Positions 45,209 through 64,000 of a DNA stretch of 64,000 bases are shown here, piece after piece. The notes under the pieces were generated by a model. It did not search any database. It saw nothing but the letters and a program-made list of their open reading frames with translations, and was not told the origin of the DNA. The stretch covers positions 124,001-188,000 of the forward strand of contig JBODTK010000016.1 of assembly GCA_050613775.1 (NCBI GenBank), given 5' to 3'. The DNA is from Neocallimastix sp. 'constans'. Taxonomy: Eukaryota. Made by a program: the position numbers and the translations under genes. Numbering within the stretch: position 1 is the stretch's first letter; every line of letters starts with the position of its first letter.

Positions 45209-45964
45209 AATAAATATTTAAAATTAATATAAAAAAAATATTTACTTTTTATCATTAAGATCAAATCCAAAAGATAATATATCACTTCCAGTATTCAATA
45301 TATTTTCTTCTCTTTTTGGATCTAATAAACTATTAATTGAGTATTTATCATTTTTATTATCTTTTTGTTTGTTTGTCCCTGATGAAGTAATTGAGTCAGA
45401 TTGCAATGAAATGTTGGAAGTTGAATTTATTAATGAATCTATTATTGGTCCATTTTTTTCATCTTTTGGGGATGTTGTTAATACTTTTTGATATTGATTT
45501 AAATTAAGATTTGACCTTGAATTACTGGGTGATGTAACTTGTGATGTATTTTTTGATGAATGATTTGAACCAGCCTTCACTGAGTATTGAATTTGTTTTT
45601 TCATACCCTTTTTTTTTTTTTTTTTTTTTTTTTTAGTCATGAAAAATAAAAATATTTAATTAATTATGATAAAGATTTATTTATTATAACTTATTTATAA
45701 AAGTATATAATTGTTATCTTTTCTTTTTCTTAAAAATATATATATATGTATAAAAATAATATTTATTAATTATTATATGATATTAATAACAATAAGATTT
45801 TATACATGTTCATCAAAGGAAGTTCTTGTGGAGGTATTTGATAATGCAGGAAAATCATCAGCTGTAAATTCTGCTTTCTTTTTAACTTCCCTCTCCTGAT
45901 GACCTCCAGCTACAGTTGAATATGAAGAAGGTGTTCGAGAATTTAGTAAATCTTTTGATGACAT
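43293..45964 (-). CDS. NOT2: CCR4-NOT subunit Not2/CNOT2 with an Asn/Gln-rich C-terminal tail, 4 exons
   Basis: EFTADDFPAL motif; NOT-box FSDETLFYIFYTMPKEAIQEAAAQELYNRNWRYHK..YLYFDPKNWEK. Confidence 0.9.
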
Positions 45965-46173
45965 TTAAAATTTTAAATTCTACATATTTAATATATATAT
46001 ATATATATATTAAATAATAATTATGAATTATTAATTAATAAAAATTTTAAATTTTATTATATAAGAACATCTTAAATAATAATTATTTATAAATTTTAAA
46101 TTATGGATTATATATAATATTTAATTATTTTATTATATAAACAACTTTTTAAAATTTATATATTTTATTGTCT

Positions 46174-46210
<37 letters not shown>

Positions 46211-46275
46211 AATACAATATAATAAAAGTAATAACATAATATAATTTTAATTATATATGTTATTATTACTATGTA

Positions 46276-46321
<46 letters not shown>

Positions 46322-47394
46322 TTTTCCTTCATTTTTATTTAATATTCTTTTTTTTTGAAAAAAAAAAAAAAAAATATTACAAATTATTTGGATTTTTAGA
46401 TTTTAAAAATAATAATAATAATAATTCCTTCTTTGATAAATTTCTTTTGGAATTTAAATTTCTCTTTAATTTATATAATTACATTGGACATTTAATATAA
46501 ATTATTATATTTCCTTTCCTTATTTTTTATATTTAAATGTATGTATATTAAATTTCAATTTCGATTTGAAAAATATTTTCAATTTTAATATAAAGCAGAA
46601 GTATTACATATTTAAGTATATAAATAAACAATTTCTCATTTAATAAAAATAAAATTTTATTTTCATAATATTAATAATACATCATTGAATTTTTCTTATT
46701 TTTATTTTTTTTTTTTTTTCAGTATATGAAGAGATTTCTAAAGTATATTTTTAAATTCATGACATTTTTATTGATGTTATTAAAAAGTAACAAAAATGAA
46801 ATAATAAAATTTTGAAAAATAAAGATTAATTATAAATAAATAAATAAATAAATTCAATTTACATTTTTAAATTTTGTTTCGTTTATTTTTTATTTTTTAT
46901 TTTTTTTTTTTCAATCTACTTTATATATTTAATTAAATGATAATAGATATATTTTTGCTTTATTAATATAAATTTATATTGTAACAATTAAATAATAAGC
47001 ATTATTAAAAAAAATGTATATATATATAAAATAAATATAAAATAGCAAAATGCACTTTTTTTTTTTACCTAAAATAATTATTGTGTATATATATAATAGA
47101 ATAAAATATAATAAAAAAATTTGAAAAAAAAAATTTTTTTTTTAATTATTTATTTTTAATATTTCACAAAATTATATCATCTAGAAATCTGTTTTATTTT
47201 TTTTTTTTTTTTATATCTTTAAATCTAATTTGTCTAAGATTTGAAATATAAATAAATGAATAAATAATAATAAGTAAATAAATAAATTGTAAATAATTAA
47301 TAAATGAATGAATGGTCAATAATAAGTAAATAAATAAATAATAAAATTATTTTAAAGTGAATATACAAAAATTTCCATATTTATTAAAAAATAA

Positions 47395-47722
47395 CCATGA
47401 TCTATGTTTAGCTATTTTGTTCTGGATCAATCCCGTGACTACCTTCTGAATTTATGTGGGGCAATTTTTATCCTCCCCATAAATGAAATTATTGCTAGAC
47501 TATATAATTGCTAGTACAAAGAACACTTGATTTGTTAGAGGATTAGTGTAGTTATTTCATGCTCGATGATGGTTCAAAAGATCACTGAAAAGAAGCCGTA
47601 TAAAACTGTGTTATCGAGAATATCTTTCATATTAGCCTTGCTTAAAAAATCCAATGAGAGTCTGATACATTAAAGGGTACTGAAGGCCCTTTTGTCCTCC
47701 CCTCTCATTAATCCAAGTCTGT
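47395..47722 (+). mobile_element. Dispersed repeat family, copy B
   Basis: Homologous to 18165-18545 (inverted) and 57303-57415; followed by an A-run. Confidence 0.7.
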
Positions 47723-48095
47723 AAAAAAAATTATAATTTAACTTTTCTTTAATAAGTCAAAAAAAAAAAAAAAAAAAAAAAAGAATTATAATTTATTCTT
47801 TTCTTTAGAAAGCCAATAAAAAAAAATACTATTATATGATTATGTTAAAAAGATATTTCATTCATATATATATATATATTCTTTTTTATATAGTATTTCA
47901 ACTATTTTATAAAGTACCAGAATTTTTTTTTATTTTTATTTTTATTTTATTTTTATTTTTTCAAAAACTTTATTTTACTAATTAAATATAAATATTTTTA
48001 TTAAATAAAAATAATAATAATAATGAAATCGAATCAAATAAAATTTCAAATGAGAAGCTGAATTATCATATATATATAAATTTTACAAAGTAACC

Positions 48096-48128
<33 letters not shown>

Positions 48129-48139
48129 ATTATTAAATG

Positions 48140-48187
<48 letters not shown>

Positions 48188-48248
48188 TGAAAATCAAAAA
48201 TATATTTAATCAAATATAAATCCTTTTATTTATTATATTATAATTATA

Positions 48249-48281
<33 letters not shown>

Positions 48282-48451
48282 TTTTTTTTTTTTTTTTTAC
48301 AATTCACAAATATGTATTTAATGTTTATGAACATATTTTTGTACCTTAAATATTAAAATAAAATAATATAATATATATATATATATATAATTTTTTTTTT
48401 TTTTTATTTATTCTTTTGTTCTTTCGATTACACAAAGTTAAATTTCTTTTT

Positions 48452-53232
<4,781 letters not shown>

Positions 53233-53588
53233 AACTATATATATTTTTATTTTTTATTTTTTATTTTTATTTTTTTTTTTTTTTTTTGTATTATTATTTT
53301 CTTTTTTTAATTAATTAATATAAATATTTAAAAAATGATATTTTACTTTATTTTTCATTTAATTCAAATTTTATTATTGTTATTACCATATATTATATAT
53401 TATTTTTTATATAATTTTTTTTAATTTAATATGAATTTTATTTTATTTTTATTTTTATTTTTATGTTTATTTTTATTTTTATTTAATTTTTATTTTTTAT
53501 TTCATATTTTTAAGTCTTTTTTTATTTCTTTTTCTTTATAAATAATTAATAAAATTTAAAAAATAAAAATTTCAAATTGCTACTTATA

Positions 53589-53631
<43 letters not shown>

Positions 53632-53753
53632 AATAAATTTTATATTCTTGTTTTTACAATGTTACGATAATAACTATTAGATATTAATTATATATATATA
53701 ATTTTTTTTTTTTTTTTATTTTATTTTTTTTTAATTAGCTTAGCTAAAAATTG

Positions 53754-53795
<42 letters not shown>

Positions 53796-54071
53796 TAGAT
53801 AAAAGAATTTTTTCTTAGTTGAAATCTAAATCTCCAAGAAATTACTGTATAATTTCATAATTAATACTCATGTTGAACTTTTAAAAATATATATATATTA
53901 ACTTTATTTTAGTACTTTTATTGATTGTATCTTATATCTTATTTTATTTTGTTTATGTTATTTAATAAAAATATTTAGTATATTTCTATATATATTATTT
54001 TTATAAAGTTTAAATTTATAACACTGTTATTACTATTTTTATAATAAATATATGTATAAATTATTGAATAT

Positions 54072-54105
<34 letters not shown>

Positions 54106-55268
54106 TATATTATTGCTATCAAATTATTACATATAATAATTGAAAATGACTTTAATATCCTTTTTATTAAATTTAAATATACTTTATTCAAAAAAATAAT
54201 AGCAACAAAAAGAATTATATATAAATATATATATATATTATTTTACTCCTGTGAAAATAAAATTTAATGATATGTTATATATATTATAATATTTATTTTA
54301 ACAATATATCTCCTGAATCCTGAAATTATAAAGAATTAATGTTCATTGATTAAAAATTTCAAAAAAATATTTGTTTTATAATTTATATATATATATATAT
54401 ATATTTTTTTTTTTGCTTTGCTTCTTATTAAACTTCTGATAAAATTATATTCTCACAATAATAATAATAAAAGAGATTTATAAAAATGATATTTCCAATA
54501 GAATATATATTTAATTTAATTTATAATAAATTCTTTCAAATTCATTTTGAATTCTTTTTATAAAAATAGTTATTTTTATTTATAAGATAGATATTATATT
54601 TAAAAATTTTTGTGTATAAAAAATTAACAATTAATTATGTTATTAAATTAATATACTAATTTATATAAGTTATTACAAAAATTATAAAATTATAGAATAG
54701 TATAAAAATAATTTTTTTTTTTTTACCAAAGATTATACCAAAATTTTGATTTACTTTTTTACTTTTTATTCAAATAAAGATTGATTTGATATTTTTCATT
54801 ACATCAAAAATATTATATATATATATATAATAGTAATAATTTAATTTTTTAAATAAATAAATAATTAAAAAAATAAAAAAGGTTTAATTTAAAATTATGA
54901 AAAAGTTCAAAATTGGTTATGGATAAAATAAAAATTAATGTTTATTAAAAAATTAAATTGTTTTTAAACCTTTTAAACATTTCATGATTAAATGAATGAA
55001 TAAATAAATAAATAATAAATAAATAATAAAAATTAACAAATATTACAGTAAATTTTGCATATATTAATCAATTTCCTTTTACTATATTTTATTTTATATA
55101 GTTTAATTTTAATTTTCATTTACCAATTCTATTATTAATTATTCTATCTAATAATATATTATTAGATAGAATAATTAATAGTCACATAAATAAATTAATA
55201 ATAATAATACTAATAATTAATTTTATTATTTATTTTATTATTAATTATTATTATTATTAATTATTAGA

Positions 55269-55462
55269 AATATAATCATCATATCTAAACATATTTTAGT
55301 AAATATTAACTATTTTATCATTATTTATTATATATATGATTATTATTAATTTTATTATTTATTTTATTATTATTATTATTATTAATAATAATCATATAAA
55401 TAATAAATAATGATAAAATAGTTAATATTTACTAAAATATGTTTAGATATGATGATTATATT
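55269..55462. repeat. 82-bp near-perfect inverted repeat with a 30-nt spacer
   Basis: 55269-55350 is the reverse complement of 55381-55462 with one mismatch. Confidence 0.9.
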
Positions 55463-56699
55463 ATTTATTTAATATTATTCAATAAAAATAAATAGATAAA
55501 TAACATAATTTATTTAATTATTGTATTGAAATTTGAAAAAAAAAAAAAAATAATAATAATAATGAAAATAAAAAAAATAAAAAAATAATTAGTTATATCA
55601 AAAATATATACTTATAATAATAAAACCTATTTATAGTATAGTTTTGTTTAAACTTCTATTTTATATTTTAATTTTATTTTTTTTTCTTTTTCCTATTTTC
55701 TTTCCTTCCTTCCTTCTTTTCAATGTAATATTACAATATTTATATCATTTTTCTTTCAATATCGCTAACTCACTCATCTTCTTCAAATAATCATTAATTA
55801 TAATAATTATAGTTAATTATTTATATTCTGAACTTTTAATTAAGAAATAAAATAATAATAATTAAAATTAAAATTTAAATTTTTAATTGAATACATTCAA
55901 TTGAATGAAATAAATTAAATAATATATGGCCTATATATTCATACATTTAATTTATTTTCAAAAATTAAAAAAAATTTCAAAAATATAATTAATAGAAAAA
56001 AATTAACAAAAATGGATGATTAATTCAAATTTAATTAACATAATATATTATAAATATATTATATTTTATAGAATTATTATATCGAAAAGTAATTAAATTT
56101 TTAAAATTTAAAAAAAAAAACATAATAAAAATAGAAATAAAATGACTTAATTAAAATATTAAAAAATATATATAAATGATTAAATAATGTTAGAAAAATA
56201 ACAATTATAGTTAATACTATATATTTATTGATATATTCAATTATATTAATTATTACAATATTTTATTTATATGAGTAGGAACTACAATCTAATAATTATA
56301 TTCTTGAATTATTATATAATATATGAGCATTAAAATAATTGGTATGACATCACATGATACCATTAATATATTAATAAGCAATATCATATATTAATATAAT
56401 AATATAAAATATATTACATATAATTATTTAATATACTATAGTAATTATTTTATAAACATATATTTCTAAATTAACAAAATATAATAAATGATAATTGCAA
56501 AAGTTCAAAATTCATAACAAATAATAAATAATTGAATAATTGAATAATAAATAAATATTAAACAATAATTGTATAATAAATAACTAATAACTATTAATTA
56601 ATAAATAATAATAAATGATATATAATATATCATAAATAATAATAAATAATGACATAATCAATAATAATAAATAAATAATCAATAATAATAAATAAATAA

Positions 56700-57000
56700 T
56701 ATATAATAAATAATAAATAATAAAAATAATAAATAATAAATAATTAATAATAAATAATAAATAATAAATAATAAATAATAAATAATAAATAATAAATAAT
56801 AAATAATAGATAATAAATAATAGATAATAAATAAATAATAAATAATAAATAATAAATAATAAATAATAAATAATAAATAATAAATAATAAATAATAAATA
56901 ATAAATAATAAATAATAAATAATATAATAAATAATAAATAATAAATAATAGATAATAAAGAATAAAGAATAAAGAATAAATAATAAATAATAAATAATTA
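56700..57000. repeat. (TAAATAA)n heptanucleotide satellite
   Basis: Repeated 7-mer; gives the spurious YYLLFII ORF. Confidence 0.9.
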
Positions 57001-57302
57001 ATAATAAATATTATATACAAAATATAATACTAGAAACAGATAATATTGGAAAAGGAATGGATAAAAAATATGTACCACTATTGAATCTTTTAATTTTGCT
57101 TTTTAAAATGCTTATAATAGAAAAGAAATTTTTTTTTTTTATCTTTGTTAAGTAGGTTTATGTATCAAAATGACCTTTTAAAGTAATAATTAAAAAGTTA
57201 AATTTAAGTAACCAGTGAACATTTGTGATTTATTAGAATATAAAATAAATTATAAAAAAAATTGATCTTTTATTTAATATTATAATAATAAAATTCATTA
57301 TG

Positions 57303-57415
57303 ACCTAGTCCGTGTCGATGCCGATACAATATGACAAAGAAGCTAATGAGAGTCTGTTACATTTAAAGGAGAGACTGGAGGTCCTGTTATCCTCCCCTTT
57401 CGTTAATCCCAGTTT
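57303..57415 (+). mobile_element. Dispersed repeat family, copy C (short, truncated)
   Basis: AATGAGAGTCTG..TCCTCCCCT..TTAATCC.AGT is shared with 47650-47720; followed by an A-run. Confidence 0.7.
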
Positions 57416-57868
57416 AAAAAAAAAAATTGACCTAAAATTAAATAATATTCAAATATATATATTAAAATTATTTATTAGATCACTAAAAAAAAACTTGAAT
57501 AATAAATATATTTATTTTATTTTTTATTCTTTTAAAAAATATTTTATATCTCTAATTTTATATGGGCATATTTAAAATTATATATATATAAAAAAAATAA
57601 TAATAAGCAGTCTCTTATTCATTAATCATTGGATTAGGTCACAGTAAATTTATGCAATCAATATTAAATTTATCATCAATTTACCAAAAAAGGGCAATTT
57701 TAATTTACAAGTAAAAAAATTTTTTTTTTTTTTTGATGATTTAAATAAATTTAAATCAATTTTATCAATTTTATTATTTTAATTATATTATTCTCCTATT
57801 CTTATTTTTTAATATTTTCAATATAGTTCTTTTTATTATTATTATTTTTTTTTTGCATAAAAAACTTA

Positions 57869-57927
<59 letters not shown>

Positions 57928-58143
57928 CTAGTATAAACTTATTTAAAATTCTAATAAATTACAGTTTAATCTTTATTTGTAATATTATAATAAAAAAGAA
58001 AAAAAGAAAAGAGAAGATATTTTTACAAAGCAAAAAATAAAATATAAATATACATATAATCAAAACAAATTTAAGTGAATAAATATAAATTTTTATTTCT
58101 ATCTTAGCTTTTGTTCTTTTATAAATAAATATAAATATAAGAA

Positions 58144-59533
58144 ATGGATAATGCAACATTAATTAATCAATTATTAGAAAAATATCATAACGATAAAAAT
58201 ATAATTATAAAGGATAAAGAAGGATTCATATTGAAATTAAAAAAGTTAATTGAAGATGGTAAAAAAAGTGTTCAAATTGTAACAGATTTTGATATGACTA
58301 TTACGAGATATTGGAAAGATGGACAAAGATCCGCAACATCTCATAGTATTATAGGAGAAAATCCTTTACTAGCAGAAGAAGTTAGTTTTAATATATATTC
58401 TTAATGTAATTATTTATTTTAATCTAAAAGTACAAAAAAAAAATATATATATATAATTTCATCAAAAAATTGAAATTGATTTAAATTAATTAAATACATT
58501 CTTAATAAATGATTATATATATTTATAATATATTTATATATTAATTATAATTTTCTATATTGCAATAATAAATAAATAAATAAATAAATAAATAACATAG
58601 GCAAGAAACCGTTCCAAAGAATTATTCCGTATCTATTATCCATATGAAATTAGTACTGAAATTAGTTATAAAGAAAAATACAAGTATATGGTAGAATGGT
58701 GGTCAAAAGAACATGATAACATTATTAGTCAAAAATTAACACAAGAATCATTAGATGAAATGATTAAAATTAGACCAGTATCATTTAGAGATGGCTTTAT
58801 TGAATTTTTTGAAATTTGTAAATCAAATGGTATTCCAATTTTAATTCCATCTGCTGGTGTTCAAAGTAATTATATTTACATTCATATAACTTTTTATATT
58901 TTTTATTTTATTTTTTAATAATAAATAATATATATATATATATATCAATTATTATTACTATTATTAGCAATCATTAACATTAATTATTAACAATTATTAT
59001 TATATAATAAACAATTTAAATATTATTATTATTATTATTAAAATTAATTATAAAAATAATAATATTATTAATTATATAATCAATATAAATATATTTCATT
59101 ATTTCAAAATAATAATATTGTTATTTATTATATTCGGGAAATAGATGTTATTGAAGGTGTTTTAAAACAGAATAATTTAGTATATGAAAAATTATATATA
59201 AAGTCAAATCAAATGATATTTTCTCCAGAAACAGGTACTTGTGATGCCTTCTCTGAACCTATTATTCATTCATTAAATAAATATCAATTTAACTTCAAGG
59301 GTAGTGAGTATGAAAAATATATTATAGACAGAAAGAATATATTATTGTTTGGTGATAGTATTGGTGATATTACTATGTCTAAATCCATTGATCATGAACA
59401 AGTTTTATCCTTTGGATTTTTAAATATTGATGTTGAAAAGAATATTGAAAAATATAAGAATGTATATGATATCGTTATTACTAATGATTCCTCCTTTAAT
59501 TTTGCCAATGACCTAATTAATTTATTAAAATAA
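58144..59533 (+). CDS. NT5C3: Pyrimidine 5'-nucleotidase / cytosolic 5'-nucleotidase III (HAD family), 3 exons
   Basis: VTDFDMTITRY, MVEWWSK, SAG, SNQM, IHSLNK and LFGDSIGDITM. Exons 58144-58380, 58601-58865 and 59145-59533. Confidence 0.9.
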
Positions 59534-59619
59534 TATATATTTAAATATATATATATAAATATATATATTATTTTTTAAAGATGATTCTTACTATTTATTT
59601 ATTTATTTATTTATTTTCT

Positions 59620-59728
<109 letters not shown>

Positions 59729-59773
59729 TTATTCAATAGTGAATATAAATTATTAATATAGAAAAAATAGATT

Positions 59774-59804
<31 letters not shown>

Positions 59805-59873
59805 TAGAAATAGGTAAACTTAATAACGAAAATGGATATCTCTCAACGAAACTCAATATAATAAAAATATAAA

Positions 59874-59911
<38 letters not shown>

Positions 59912-59998
59912 ATATGAATTATATATTATTACTATTAGGATTTAAAATAGAAAATTTTTAATTTTATTCAAGTAATATTTAAATAATGATTCACTATA

Positions 59999-60043
<45 letters not shown>

Positions 60044-60301
60044 GTGGTTGTTGTGGTTGTAGTATTTTAGTTCAATTATTTTCGAATGTCATAATCATTC
60101 ATTTTATCACATTGAATTTTATTAAAAAATATATTAAAAAAAATTATTAATAAAAAAAAAAAAAAAATCTTTTTAACAATACAAAATAATATAAATTTAT
60201 TAATTCTTGACACTTGACAATAAAAATAATATTATTTGAGAAAAACCTTTTAAATTTATTTGTATTTTTATTTTTTTATTTTTATTTTTATTTTATTTTT
60301 T

Positions 60302-60338
<37 letters not shown>

Positions 60339-60768
60339 GTGTTTTTAATTGTTTGAAATTTATTTTTATTAATTTTAAACTTGGTTTCATTTTTTTTTAT
60401 TATTATTATTGTAAAAATAAAAATAAAAATAAAAATAAAAAAAAAAAAAAAAAAAAAAAATTATAAAAAATTAAAAAAAAATTAAAAATTTTGGGAAATA
60501 AAAATTAACCCTAATTTTAACTAGGCATTTACAATTTAATCATTTTTATCTATCCATCAATATAATTATAAATAAAAGAAATATGAAAATGTAAAAATAA
60601 TAATAAATAAAAAAATAAAATGATATTATAATAAATTTTATATACTTTATGTTAAAATTTTAATTTCTAAAAAATTAAGTAAAAAAAAAAAAAAAAAATT
60701 CTATACTTGTTTTTAAATTATATATATATATATTTAATAATATAAAAAATATATATATATATAAATTA

Positions 60769-60815
<47 letters not shown>

Positions 60816-60991
60816 AAGAAATGATCTATTCTTGTTCATGAAATATAATATATATATATATAATCCAATTAATATTATTATTTTAATAAATAAATAAATA
60901 AATAAATATATAAATTATAACTTTAAAAAAAAAAAAAAAAAAAAAAAAATAAAAAAAATAAAAATAAATTAAATTATTGAATTAATTTTTC

Positions 60992-61028
<37 letters not shown>

Positions 61029-62381
61029 TTATAGAGTTTCCGCTGCTAAAAGTTTTGGTAATTTTACTTTTGTAAATATTAACATAGCAATCGCTAGGAG
61101 ACAAGCTTTACTGATATTATCACCAATCATACAATACCAAACTTCAGTAAGTCCAGTATGCCATAATTTAGTACAGAGTACCGTAAATACAATTCTTATA
61201 CCCCACATACCGAAAGTTTCAATAATGAAAACATTAACTGTTTTACCAAGACCATAGAAAATACCCTGCATAGCAATCATTAAACCAAAGAAGGGTTCAG
61301 TGAACGCGACAATCTTAAGCATTTTTGCTCCAAGTTCGGCTGCATTAATACTACTGGTGAAAATCCGCATTAAGGGATAGGCACAGAAATACAGAACGAT
61401 ACCACTAACAATCATAATTCCTATGGTAATGAGGGTACTTAATCGCATAATTTTTTTTAATCGACGATGATTCTTCTCACCAAAGGCTACACCTATCATG
61501 GCAGAAGTAGCTGAAGAAAGGCCATAACCTGGGATATAGAAAATTGCTTCTGCATTTACTGCAATTGAATGTGCGGCAAAAACACTGGTACCCATACCAG
61601 AAACAAGACCAGCAAATACAATATAACCTAAGCAGGAAGTAATTTGAGTTCCTGCTGCTGGTAGTGCAATTTTCCAAATTTCTTTAAGAATTACTTTATC
61701 CAATTTAAGACTATTAAAATGTAAATCAAATTCCTTTTTACATTTAAATACAATGAACATTAAAATACCAGATATTGTGAAAGATACAGCGGTGGCAATA
61801 GCAGCACCAGTAACTTTTAAATCAGCAACATATATAAGAAGATAGTCCAGAATCATATTAATACCATTAGCAATTAAATTAACGATCATAGGACTTTTGG
61901 TATCAAGAGTAGCTCTAATACAAGAACCAAGAATGAGAGAAGAAGCTCTGAAGAGCATTGGTATACTAATAATAAAGAAATATTTGGAAGCATTGGGTCT
62001 GACATTTTCTTCAGTTCCCATCCAAATGGGTATAAATTTTGCTAATGAGAGGGCTAACGCACCTACTAAAGCCCCAAATACAAATACTAATATAATTGCA
62101 TGTCCCGCAAGTTTTTTCATTTTATCACTGTTACCTTCTCCTAATGATTTCGACATAATCGCTAAAAGGGCTATACCTATTGAACGTAAAAATGCACCTA
62201 TAAGCCAACCAATGGTAGTAGTAGTACTTACAGCGGCTGTTGCTTCTTCACCTAGATGCCCTACCATAGCGGTATCAACATATTGAAGCAGAGTACTAAG
62301 TACTTCTTCAATAATAGTAGGTATAGCAAGGATAATTATTTCCTTTGTTACACTTTTTTCTTTAGTAGAAGTTGTAGACAT
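61029..62381 (-). CDS. MATE-family multidrug efflux transporter, intronless, bacterial-type (450 aa)
   Basis: LAIPTIIE..VDTAMVGHLGEEATAAV, DTKSPMIVNLIANGINMILDYLLI, GAAIAT; repeated hydrophobic helices; single exon with visibly higher GC. Confidence 0.93.
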   Translation of the reverse strand: MSTTSTKEKSVTKEIIILAIPTIIEEVLSTLLQYVDTAMVGHLGEEATAAVSTTTTIGWLIGAFLRSIGIALLAIMSKSLGEGNSDKMKKLAGHAIILVFVFGALVGALALSLAKFIPIWMGTEENVRPNASKYFFIISIPMLFRASSLILGSCIRATLDTKSPMIVNLIANGINMILDYLLIYVADLKVTGAAIATAVSFTISGILMFIVFKCKKEFDLHFNSLKLDKVILKEIWKIALPAAGTQITSCLGYIVFAGLVSGMGTSVFAAHSIAVNAEAIFYIPGYGLSSATSAMIGVAFGEKNHRRLKKIMRLSTLITIGIMIVSGIVLYFCAYPLMRIFTSSINAAELGAKMLKIVAFTEPFFGLMIAMQGIFYGLGKTVNVFIIETFGMWGIRIVFTVLCTKLWHTGLTEVWYCMIGDNISKACLLAIAMLIFTKVKLPKLLAAETL

Positions 62382-62413
62382 ATTTGATATATTGTTTTAC
62401 TTTTTATTATTAT

Positions 62414-62468
<55 letters not shown>

Positions 62469-64000
62469 TTCCTAATATATATAATTAATTAAATTATCTG
62501 AATTAAATTAAATAGAATTAAACTGAACTGAACTGAAAAAAAAAAAAAAAAAAAGAATTAAAGTGAATATATTATGAATTATATACTATATTGAATTGAA
62601 TTGATTACGAAATAAATTTGATTTATTTAATTTTTTTTTTTTTTTTTTTAAATTTATTATTAATATTTTCACTTTTTTTCCTTTTTTTTTTTTTAATTTT
62701 CTTCCTTTTTTCAATCAAATAATATATATATATATATTTCACTTAAACATATTAATAGTTTACTTTTAAAATTAGGAATACAAATTCAAATAAAAATATT
62801 TCACAAGTAAACTATTCAATTATAATATTATTTCATAGTTTTAATACATGAATATAATTGTTTTTTTTTTATTATTATTATTGTTTATTTTTAATAATTT
62901 TATGATTTAATTTTGTATATATTATAATTCAAAATATTTTAAATGAGATTGTAAAATAAATCAATAAATCAATAATTGATATTAAAATTTAGTATTCGCT
63001 TTATAAAATATTTTCAATATTTTCCCATAGTATTAATAACTTTAAATAAAAAAAAAATATAAAAAAAAAAAATACATTAATTTCCATTCTTTATATAATA
63101 TATTTTTTTTTAAAAAAAAAATTTTTTTGACATAGTTACACATATATTGATTGATTTAAAAATAAAAATTTATATTTATTTATATTTATTTATATTTATT
63201 TATATTTATTTTCATTTAATTATAAATATATATGTATATATATTTTCTTTTAATATTTTATTTAAATATATTTTTATTTATTTATTTATTTATTATTTTT
63301 CTTTTTTTATTGTTTGTTTACTTAAATTTTAAATAATAATAATTTTTAATATATAGGAAATATATATTAATATATGGTTTGAGCGGGAATCAATACAAAA
63401 TTTATATTGGCAATTTTATGTAAATGCGGAAATTTTTTAACTTTAAATATATATATTAAATTATTTCTAATCCTTAATATATTTTATATAAATCTAATAA
63501 TTATAAAATAATAATAAAAAATAAATTATTTCTTTTATTTGGTTTAATTTTTTTTTTTTTTAAATCTTTCCCTTTATTAAAATATACTTCAATTCTATTT
63601 ATATATATATATTTGATTTAAATAATTATTTTACTTATGAATGCACCTTCTTTATATAATAATAATTATAATAATAAATCATTATATTAATATATTTATA
63701 TATTCAATAATGTTTAAATAAAAGTCAATATCATAAATTATATTAAAAATTCTTTTAAACTAAAAAAAGATGAAGAAAAGAAAGAAATATTTTATATATA
63801 AAATTAATAAATTAATCTATTATTATTATTATATTAATTTTATATATCATAGTATAAATATAATTTAAATAAAATAAATTTAAATTATAATAAAAATTAA
63901 TAAAATTAAAATTAAAATTAAAATTAAAAAAAAATCCTTTTAAATGATTAGTTTAAAAAAAAAGATTCCAATTTTTTTTTTTTTTTTATATAAAAATAAT

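Noticed and set aside
47400..47722. snRNA, TPP riboswitch or ribozyme
   Set aside because: Required consensus elements were not found; better explained as a dispersed repeat copy.
56679..57020. 113-aa hydrophobic ORF
   Set aside because: Translation of the (TAAATAA)n satellite.
57312..57575. 87-aa ORF
   Set aside because: Repeat copy C running into AT-rich flank; GTG start.
61477..62286. Overlapping ORFs inside the MATE gene
   Set aside because: Alternate-frame and antisense shadows of a higher-GC CDS.

Overview
Extremely AT-rich, intron-containing eukaryotic DNA with GT-AG introns, long (AAT)n and poly-A/T tracts and poly-Asn proteins. Composition, gene content and a bacterial-type MATE gene suggest an anaerobic gut fungus (Neocallimastigomycota); this is inference. 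The window has two compartments. (1) About 1-22 kb is accessory. It holds a tandem minus-strand array of four Sen1-like SF1B helicase genes: two intact, one with a 1283-bp microhomology deletion and one decayed. LINE-RT, copia-Gag and Helitron-like relics are interleaved with them. Immediately upstream is a frameshifted, intronless pair of relics, a D5-type primase-helicase (+) and an RPB2-type RNA polymerase subunit (-). This pair is best explained as a decayed giant-virus (Nucleocytoviricota-like) insertion and is largely invisible in the ORF track. (2) About 22-62.4 kb holds spliced housekeeping genes: START/PCTP-like, SNF8, an FHA protein, TBCC, VPS68, NOT2, an FBXO31-like F-box protein and NT5C3, plus an intronless bacterial-type MATE transporter (HGT candidate). 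All calls are from manual translation and motif recall; no database searches were run.
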